Part shown: in pieces, positions 57,049 through 63,396 of the stretch | Layout: each line of letters starts with the position of its first letter | Numbering within the stretch: position 1 is the stretch's first letter | NCBI GenBank assembly: GCA_035706345.1 | Contig: DASSVE010000083.1 | Location: 1-63,396, forward strand | Direction: 5' to 3' | From: Acidimicrobiia bacterium | Lineage (GTDB): Bacteria; Actinomycetota; Acidimicrobiia; Spongiisociales; ZC4RG35 | Length of the DNA stretch: 63,396 nt | Notes under the pieces: generated by a model | Database searches by the model: none | The model's input: the letters and a program-made list of their open reading frames with translations, nothing else | What the model was told of the DNA's origin: nothing | Made by a program: the position numbers and the translations under genes

Positions 57049-57752
57049 CCCTCGATCATCTCCGCCACCTCGGTGAGCGAGCTCACGGCGGGGACACCGA
57101 AGTCGCCGTTGATACCGAAGGGGTCCATCAGGATCGGCTGCATCCCGGCACGTCGCGCCGACACCACGTCGAAAGCCGGAGTGTCGCCCACGTACCAGAT
57201 CCCCTCGGCGGGTAGTCCCAAAGCCTCGAGGGCGAGCTCGAAGATCCGTGGGTCGGGTTTCTCGACGCCGACCGTCCCCGAGTCGATCACACAGCGCACC
57301 TCGACGCCTGCTCCCGGTCCCACCTGGAGCAGCGCGATCTCGGCCAGACGGCGCTCGATGGTCCCGTCCGAGTTGGAGACCACACCCACCGGGACGCCGG
57401 TCGCCGCCAGTGCGGCCAGGCCATCCTTGGATCCCTCGATCAGGTGGCTCCACAGCCAACCGGTCACATACTCGTTGCGCAGGTGCTCCACCGCCTCCTC
57501 GAGCAGGTCCTCACCCACGCCAACCGCCCGGGCGTAGACCTCGAGGTACTCGGTCCAGTACGGGCCCATGTACTCGCCGCCCTCGAGATCCATGGGAAAG
57601 GCGCGCACCGCCTGGTAATGGGCCCGGTCGATGGTGCTGTCTTCGGCGACCGAATGACCGACGAGTTGCAGCGCCGAGCGGATGTGGGAACGGGAGGGGA
57701 GCAGGAAGACGCCCCCTACGTCGAGGAGGATGGCGCTCGGTTGGGTGGTCAT
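57039..57752 (-). CDS. HAD-superfamily hydrolase
   Basis: 237 aa. Motif I is AILLDVGGVF, motif II VVSNS and motif IV YVGDTPAFDV. Its 3' end overlaps the glyA 3' end by 10 nt (convergent). Confidence 0.75.
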   Translation of the reverse strand: MTTQPSAILLDVGGVFLLPSRSHIRSALQLVGHSVAEDSTIDRAHYQAVRAFPMDLEGGEYMGPYWTEYLEVYARAVGVGEDLLEEAVEHLRNEYVTGWLWSHLIEGSKDGLAALAATGVPVGVVSNSDGTIERRLAEIALLQVGPGAGVEVRCVIDSGTVGVEKPDPRIFELALEALGLPAEGIWYVGDTPAFDVVSARRAGMQPILMDPFGINGDFGVPAVSSLTEVAEMIEGQT

Positions 57753-57822
57753 TGGCCGGCCAACCTAACCTGGCCGCTTGCTAGCTTCGATTTGGCCCAG
57801 TACTTCCCCCACAAATAGACTT

Positions 57823-57838
57823 TGTGAATCACTTCACA
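57823..57838. promoter_or_regulatory. CRP/FNR-type palindrome TGTGA-N6-TCACA upstream of the atp operon
   Basis: The perfect site TGTGAatcactTCACA has the same extended arms CTTTGTGA/TCACAAGG as the whiB site. It lies 13 nt before the GTG at 57852, in the 99-bp divergent gap with the HAD gene. Confidence 0.6.
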
Positions 57839-57851
57839 AGGTTCCCTCTCC

Positions 57852-58082
57852 GTGAAGAACGACACCCCCACCCAACACGTGCACTCAGCAGTCGACCAGG
57901 GCTGGACGCAGGCGGGGTCGTTCCTGAACTCCATCCTGGCCGGCGCCTTGGTCGGGTATCTCCTCGATCTCTGGTGGGGGACGGAGCCATGGCTGGTCGT
58001 GAGCGGGATCGTGCTCGGCTCCTATTCGGGGTTCATGCGGATCTGGGCGATGATCAAGGACCAGGATTCCGATGCCGGCTGA
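57852..58082 (+). CDS. AtpZ/AtpI-family small membrane protein
   Basis: 76 aa with two helices. AGALVGYLLDLWWGTEPWLVVSGIVLGSYSGF matches the AtpZ-type pattern. It is the first gene of the atp cluster. Confidence 0.6.
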   Translation: MKNDTPTQHVHSAVDQGWTQAGSFLNSILAGALVGYLLDLWWGTEPWLVVSGIVLGSYSGFMRIWAMIKDQDSDAG

Positions 58083-58491
58083 CGATCAGACGCCCAGGGC
58101 CGACGTTGAGATGACGCTGGCCCGTCACATCGTGGCCCGTGTGATCTACCCGGCCCCGATCATGATCGGCCTCTTCTGGCTGTTGCGGGGCTGGGACGGG
58201 GCCTGGAGCGCCGCCATCGGTGTCATCGTGGTGGTGGGGAACTTCCTCCTCGCCGGGGCCATTCTCTCGATTTCCGCCAGGATCAGCCTTGCGGCTTATC
58301 ATGCCGCCGCCCTGATCGGGTTCTTCCTCCGGCTGGGGCTACTGACGCTCACCATGTTGCTCATCGCCAACTACGCGCCCATCGACCGGCTCGCATTCGG
58401 CATCACGGCCGTGGTGACCTACCTGGTTTTGATCGCCGCCGAGGCGGTGGCTGTGTCTAGAGGCAAGGAGAGGGAACTCGAGTGGACGTGA
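58072..58491 (+). CDS. atpI: ATP synthase protein I-like membrane protein
   Basis: 139 aa with four hydrophobic helices. It sits immediately upstream of, and overlaps, atpB. Confidence 0.6.
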   Translation: MPADDQTPRADVEMTLARHIVARVIYPAPIMIGLFWLLRGWDGAWSAAIGVIVVVGNFLLAGAILSISARISLAAYHAAALIGFFLRLGLLTLTMLLIANYAPIDRLAFGITAVVTYLVLIAAEAVAVSRGKERELEWT

Positions 58492-59291
58492 TCCTGGCAT
58501 TCACCTGCGAGCCGGCCGAGCAGCCGTTGTGCATACCCGAGTCGGTAACCGAGTTGTTCGAGTTGCCGGTGCTGTTCGGTCAGGTGAACCGGACCATGCT
58601 CTACATCCTGCTGGCGGCGTTCGTCGTCATCGGGCTGCTCTACGCCACCTATCGCAAGCCCCGTCTCGTCCCCACCAAGTTCGGGGTGGCCATGGAGTCG
58701 CTGGTCGATTTCGTCCGCAACGACATAGCCATCGGAGTCATCGGCCCCGGTGGTGAGAAGTACGCCCCGTATCTGCTGGCTCTGTTCCTCTTCATCCTCG
58801 TGGGCAACTTCTTCGGGATCACCCCGTTCATCATGTTCCCGCTCGGCTCGCGGATGGCGATCCCGGCGTTTCTCGCCCTGGTCACCTATTTCATCTTCGT
58901 GATCGTCGGTTTCAAGAAGCAGGGGCTGGCCTATCTGGGCCACACCCTGTGGCCTCCCGGCGTGCCGACGGCTCTCAAGCCCCTGATCGGCCTCATCGAG
59001 CTGGTCTCGATCTTTGTGGTCCGGCCCTTCTCGCTGGCAGTCCGGTTGTTCGCCAACCTGGTCGCCGGTCACACCATGCTGGCGTTGCTGCTCGGTTCGG
59101 GCGTCTTCTTCATCTACGCCGGCGCCACTGGGATGATCAGCCCCCTGAAGGCGTTCCTGGTCGGCCCGCTCTGGTTCATCTTCGGCATGGCCATCTTCAC
59201 CTTGGAGCTGCTGGTCCTGGCACTCCAGGCGTACATCTTCACTCTGCTCTCCGCCGTGTACATCGAGAGCTCGTTGCACCCGGCGCACTAG
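58482..59291 (+). CDS. atpB: F0F1 ATP synthase subunit a
   Basis: 269 aa. The segment PFSLAVRLFANLVAGH carries the essential Arg motif. Confidence 0.9.
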   Translation: MDVILAFTCEPAEQPLCIPESVTELFELPVLFGQVNRTMLYILLAAFVVIGLLYATYRKPRLVPTKFGVAMESLVDFVRNDIAIGVIGPGGEKYAPYLLALFLFILVGNFFGITPFIMFPLGSRMAIPAFLALVTYFIFVIVGFKKQGLAYLGHTLWPPGVPTALKPLIGLIELVSIFVVRPFSLAVRLFANLVAGHTMLALLLGSGVFFIYAGATGMISPLKAFLVGPLWFIFGMAIFTLELLVLALQAYIFTLLSAVYIESSLHPAH

Positions 59292-59588
<297 letters not shown>

Positions 59589-59589
59589 C

Positions 59590-60135
59590 GTGCATCCGTC
59601 CACATTCATCCTGGCAACCACGGAGGGTGGTGAGAGCAGTGGGGTAGAGCTGCTGCTGCCGGCGTGGCCTGAGCTGATCGCCGGCATCATCGCCTTCTCG
59701 CTGGTCTTCTTCTTCGTCTGGCGCTGGGTGTGGCCCAGCCTGAGCAAGACGATCGAGACCCGCCAGGGCGCCATCGCCGGCGAGCTCACCGCCGCCGAGA
59801 AGGCCAAGGCGGAAGCGGAGAGTCTCCGCGCCGACTACCAGGCGCAGCTCGCCAACGCCCGCGCCGAGGCGAGCCGGATCGTCGAAGAGGCCCGGAAGTC
59901 CGCCGAGCAGATCCGCGCCGACATCATCGCCAAGGCCGAGGTCGAGGCCGAGCAGATCCGGGCCCGGGCCCGGGAAGAGGCCGCCGGCGAGAAGGCGAGA
60001 GCCCTGGCCGAGGCCAAGTCACAAGTGGGCGACATCGCAATCGAGTTGGCCAGCAAGATCGTCGGAGAGGCCCTCGACGAAGAGAAGCACAAGGCCCTGA
60101 TCGATCGCTATCTCGCCGATCTGGAGAAGATCTAG
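59590..60135 (+). CDS. atpF: F0F1 ATP synthase subunit b
   Basis: 181 aa. An N-terminal TM helix is followed by a long Ala/Glu/Lys/Arg-rich helix. Confidence 0.85.
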   Translation: MHPSTFILATTEGGESSGVELLLPAWPELIAGIIAFSLVFFFVWRWVWPSLSKTIETRQGAIAGELTAAEKAKAEAESLRADYQAQLANARAEASRIVEEARKSAEQIRADIIAKAEVEAEQIRARAREEAAGEKARALAEAKSQVGDIAIELASKIVGEALDEEKHKALIDRYLADLEKI

Positions 60136-60138
60136 GCC

Positions 60139-60675
60139 GTGGCAGACCAACGGATCGAGGGTTACGCCCGGGGCTTCTTCGAGATCGCCCGCGGGGAGGG
60201 TCAGCTGGAGCGTGTCGAGAACGAACTGCTCACCATTGCCCGCACCTTCGAGACCGCCCGTGAGCTGCGTTCCAGTCTCACCGATCCCCAGCTCCCCCTG
60301 GACAGGAAGCAGGGAGTGATCGACCAGCTTCTCGGTGGCCGGGCCGCGGCGCTGACCGTCGGCTTGATCCAACTCCTCGTTAGTCAGAACCGGGTGACCG
60401 ACCTGCCTGATATCGCCATTGCCGTGGCCTCCGTCGCCGCCGCGTCGCGCGAGAAGGAGCTCGCCGAGGTCAGGTCCGCCGTTCCGCTGGACGACGCCAC
60501 CATCGAGCGTCTCACCGCCGCCCTGGCGCGTGCCACCGGCAAGCAGGTGGAGGTGAAGGTGATCCTCGACCCGGCCGTGATCGGCGGAATCGTGGCCCGG
60601 GTGGGAGACACCGTCATCGACGGCTCGATCGCCAAGCGCGTCGACTCAGTGCGACAGGCCGTAAGGAGCAATTGA
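60139..60675 (+). CDS. atpH: F0F1 ATP synthase subunit delta
   Basis: 178 aa. The position and the OSCP-like C-terminus ([18 protein letters not shown]) support the call. Confidence 0.85.
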   Translation: MADQRIEGYARGFFEIARGEGQLERVENELLTIARTFETARELRSSLTDPQLPLDRKQGVIDQLLGGRAAALTVGLIQLLVSQNRVTDLPDIAIAVASVAAASREKELAEVRSAVPLDDATIERLTAALARATGKQVEVKVILDPAVIGGIVARVGDTVIDGSIAKRVDSVRQAVRSN

Positions 60676-60679
60676 AACC

Positions 60680-62221
60680 ATGTCAGACCTGACCATCACC
60701 GCCGACCAGATCACCGAGGCGCTTCGGTCGCAGCTCGCCGATTGGAAACCGGACACGACCAAGGAGACCGTCGGCTACGTGACCTCGATCGCAGACGGCG
60801 TCGCCCGCGTCGAGGGTCTTCCCTCGGCAATGGCGTCCGAGTTGCTCGAGTTCCCCCAGGGTCTGATCGGTGTCGCGCTGAACATCGACGAGACGGACAT
60901 CGGCGTCGTGTTCCTCGGTGACTACCACCACATCGAAGAGGGCGATCCGGTCAAGCAGACCGGCACCGTGCTCTCGGTACCGGTTGGCGACGCCCTCCTG
61001 GGCAGGGTGGTCGACCCGCTCGGCAACCCGATCGACGGCAAAGGCCCGATCAACACCACCGAGCGCCGTCTCCTGGAGACTCAGGCGCCGTCGGTCGTGC
61101 AGCGCCAGCCGGTCCATCAGCCGTTGCAGACGGGCATCAAGACCATCGACTCGATGACCCCGATCGGCCGCGGCCAGCGGCAGCTCATCATCGGCGACCG
61201 TCAGACCGGGAAGACCGCCCTCCTCGTCGACACCATCATCAACCAGAAGCAGTTCTGGGGCACCGACCAGGCGGTCAAGTGCATCTACGTGGCGATCGGC
61301 CAGAAGGCCTCCACCGTGGCCGAGGTCGTCTCGGCCCTCGAGGAGCACGGGGCGATGGAGTACACGGTGGTTGTCCACGCCGCGGCGTCGGATGCACCCG
61401 CCCTCCAGATGTACGCCCCCTACGCCGGGTCGGCCATCGGCCAGCACTGGATGTACAACGGCGAGCACGCCCTGGTCATGTTCGACGACCTGTCGAAGCA
61501 GGCCGTTGCCTATCGCGAGATCTCGCTGCTGCTGCGCCGGCCCCCGGGACGTGAGGCGTATCCCGGTGACGTCTTCTACCTGCACAGCCGTCTCCTGGAG
61601 CGGTGCGCCAAGCTCTCCGACGACCTCGGAGCCGGCTCCCTCACCGGTCTGCCGGTGATCGAGACCAAAGCCGACGACATCTCCGCATACATCCCGACCA
61701 ACGTGATCTCGATCACCGACGGTCAGGTGTTCCTCAAGACCGACTTGTTCTTCCAGGGTGTCCGGCCCGCCGTGGACGCCGGTCAGTCGGTCTCCCGGGT
61801 GGGTGGCAATGCCCAGATCGGCGCGATGCGCAAGATCTCGGGCCCTCTCCGCCTCAACTTGGCCCAGTTCCGCGAGCTGGCCGCGTTCGCCGAGTTCGGC
61901 TCGGAGCTGGACGCCGCCTCGCTGGCCCAGCTGGAGCGTGGTCGTCGGGTGGTCGAGGTCCTGAAGCAGCCTCAGTTCCAGCCGGTTCCGGTCGAGGAGC
62001 AGGTGCTGGTCCTGTATGCGGTCACCGAGGGTTACATGGATGACATCCCGACCGAGGACGTGCGTCGCTTCGAGCGCGGTCTGCGCGAATACTTCCGGGA
62101 CCGTCACACCAACGTCCTCGCCTCGATTCGCGAGACAGGGTCGCTGCCGGAAGGGGACGACCTGGTCGAGGGGATCAAGGCGTTCGCCTCGACCTTCCAG
62201 AGCACGGCGACGGGCGAGTAG
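60680..62221 (+). CDS. atpA: F0F1 ATP synthase subunit alpha
   Basis: 513 aa. Walker A is GDRQTGKT, with typical alpha-subunit motifs. Confidence 0.95.
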   Translation: MSDLTITADQITEALRSQLADWKPDTTKETVGYVTSIADGVARVEGLPSAMASELLEFPQGLIGVALNIDETDIGVVFLGDYHHIEEGDPVKQTGTVLSVPVGDALLGRVVDPLGNPIDGKGPINTTERRLLETQAPSVVQRQPVHQPLQTGIKTIDSMTPIGRGQRQLIIGDRQTGKTALLVDTIINQKQFWGTDQAVKCIYVAIGQKASTVAEVVSALEEHGAMEYTVVVHAAASDAPALQMYAPYAGSAIGQHWMYNGEHALVMFDDLSKQAVAYREISLLLRRPPGREAYPGDVFYLHSRLLERCAKLSDDLGAGSLTGLPVIETKADDISAYIPTNVISITDGQVFLKTDLFFQGVRPAVDAGQSVSRVGGNAQIGAMRKISGPLRLNLAQFRELAAFAEFGSELDAASLAQLERGRRVVEVLKQPQFQPVPVEEQVLVLYAVTEGYMDDIPTEDVRRFERGLREYFRDRHTNVLASIRETGSLPEGDDLVEGIKAFASTFQSTATGE

Positions 62222-62228
62222 GGGCCAG

Positions 62229-63113
62229 ATGGCGAGTGCCGCGCTCCGCGACACCCGGCGCCGGATCTCCAGCGTCGAGGCCATCAAGAAGATCACCCGC
62301 GCCATGGAGCTCATCGCCACCAGCCGGATCCCCAAGGCGACCGCACGGGTGGAAGGGTCGAAGCCGTATACCGCCAAGCTGGTGGAGGTGATCGAGAACG
62401 TGGCACGGGCTGGTGGCGGCGCTTCGCACATGCTCCTCGAGCGCCGCGAGGTCTCGACCGTTGGGATCCTCGTCATCTCGGCCGATAGGGGGATGGCCGG
62501 CGCCTACGCCTCGAACATCATCCGTCTCGCCGAGCGTCGCATCGCCGAACTGGAGCGTGAGGGCAAGGACGTTCTCATCTATGCTGTGGGCAAGAAGGCC
62601 CAGGCGTTGTTCCGTTACCGCGGGTACCGCATCGAGCAGGCCTACCTCGGGGTGACCGACACCCCCGGCTACGCCAACGCACGAGCCATCGCCAACACCC
62701 TCATGGAGGCCTACGCCACCCGCCGCATCGACAGTGTCGAGGCCTTCTACACCCGCTTCCAGTCGGCGCTGACCCAGGTACCCACATCCGCCGAGGTGCT
62801 GCCCATCACACCGCCGGCCCGTGAGACCGGCGAGAGGCGAGCCGTCTCCTACGAGTTCGAGCCCTCACCGGAGGAGATCCTCGACCGGCTGCTGCCCCGC
62901 TATGTGGAGGCTTTCATCTTCAACATGCTCCTGGAGGCCTCGGCCTCGGAGCACAGCGCCAGACGGAGGGCCATGAAGGCGGCCACCGACAACGCCGAGG
63001 AGCTCATCAAGACCCTCAGTGTCCAGGCCAACCGGGCCCGTCAGGCAGAGATCACAACCGCCATCACCGAGATCGTCGGTGGCGCCCAGGCCCTGGCGGA
63101 GGCCAACCAATGA
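62229..63113 (+). CDS. atpG: F0F1 ATP synthase subunit gamma
   Basis: The ATG is at 62229. The N-terminus is RRRISSVEAIKKITRAMELIA and the C-terminus ITTAITEIVGGAQAL. Confidence 0.9.
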   Translation: MASAALRDTRRRISSVEAIKKITRAMELIATSRIPKATARVEGSKPYTAKLVEVIENVARAGGGASHMLLERREVSTVGILVISADRGMAGAYASNIIRLAERRIAELEREGKDVLIYAVGKKAQALFRYRGYRIEQAYLGVTDTPGYANARAIANTLMEAYATRRIDSVEAFYTRFQSALTQVPTSAEVLPITPPARETGERRAVSYEFEPSPEEILDRLLPRYVEAFIFNMLLEASASEHSARRRAMKAATDNAEELIKTLSVQANRARQAEITTAITEIVGGAQALAEANQ

Positions 63114-63138
63114 ACATTTGTGACCACAAGGAGCAGAG

Positions 63139-63396
63139 ATGACTGAAAACGCTGGGGCCGAGGGCCGGATCGTCAAGGTGGCGGGACCCGTCGTCGACGT
63201 GGAGTTCCCGCCCGATGAGCTTCCCGAGATCCTGAACGCGGTCGAGGTGTTCTTCACCCTCGGTGGTGAGGAGAAGAAGGTGATCGCCGAAGTGGCCCAG
63301 CACCTCGGTGGCTCGAAGGTGCGCGCCATCGCCCTCGCTCCGACCGATGGCATGACCAGAGGCTCGCGGGTGGTCGACACCGGTTCCCCGATCACC
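63139..63396 (+). CDS. atpD: F0F1 ATP synthase subunit beta (5' partial, runs off the right edge)
   Basis: The ATG at 63139 is preceded by AAGGAG. MTENAGAEGRIVKVAGPVVDVEFP...VAQHLGG is the beta-subunit N-terminal barrel. It is absent from the ORF track because there is no stop in the window. Confidence 0.9.
   Translation, partial: MTENAGAEGRIVKVAGPVVDVEFPPDELPEILNAVEVFFTLGGEEKKVIAEVAQHLGGSKVRAIALAPTDGMTRGSRVVDTGSPIT

Noticed and set aside
60683-62476. 597-aa minus-strand ORF
   Set aside because: It is antisense to atpA/atpG. It has no motifs and a biased Arg/Gly/Leu/Val composition. It is an artefact of GC-rich codon usage.
63117-63131. TTTGTGAccACAAGG between atpG and atpD, which resembles the CTTTGTGA/TCACAAGG arms
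   Set aside because: The half-sites are separated by 2 nt rather than 6. The right arm lacks the T of TCACA and is simply part of the atpD Shine-Dalgarno (AAGGAG). I did not count it as a third site, though it is worth including in a genome-wide motif scan.

Overview
This is a high-GC, densely coding chromosome segment of actinobacterial type. The evidence is a WhiB-family regulator, an F420/LLM-type enzyme, Ku plus an ATP-dependent DNA ligase, and two gene orders typical of Actinomycetota. These are rsmI-tatD-rsmA-ispE-tRNA-Gln-glmU-prs and thrC-rho-rpmE-prfA-prmC-tsaC-glyA-atpIBEFHAGD. I call about 75 CDS, many joined by 4-nt ATGA/GTGA overlaps, and two tRNAs (Gln-UUG, Arg-CCG). I saw no rRNA, CRISPR array, transposase or integrase. 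Accessory content includes a ROK-regulated amino-sugar/oligosaccharide ABC-uptake cluster with GH3 and SIS enzymes, and a separately encoded MsiK-like ATPase. There is also a gallate-type lower-pathway trio (PIG-L hydratase, RraA-like aldolase, PrpF-like tautomerase). Other accessory genes are a coupled four-gene cupin/hydratase/F420-LLM/dehydrogenase operon, tandem ECF sigma factors, and a UdgX-like uracil-DNA glycosylase. I did not find a recognisable defence island or a clearly novel multi-gene system. The most unusual signals are listed here. (1) Two copies of a perfect CTTTGTGA-N6-TCACAAGG palindrome lie 13-14 nt upstream of the whiB-like and atp-operon start codons. (2) An NHL beta-propeller is fused to a polytopic FGLLP-motif membrane domain. 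(3) An AbrB-fold regulator carries a C-terminal 4-Cys ribbon. (4) A degenerate tandem copy of the tRNA-Gln locus is present. (5) Two gene fossils are present: an ABC-ATPase N-terminus, and a LuxR C-terminus beside tRNA-Arg. All functional calls rest on motif and family recognition by eye. No database search was run.
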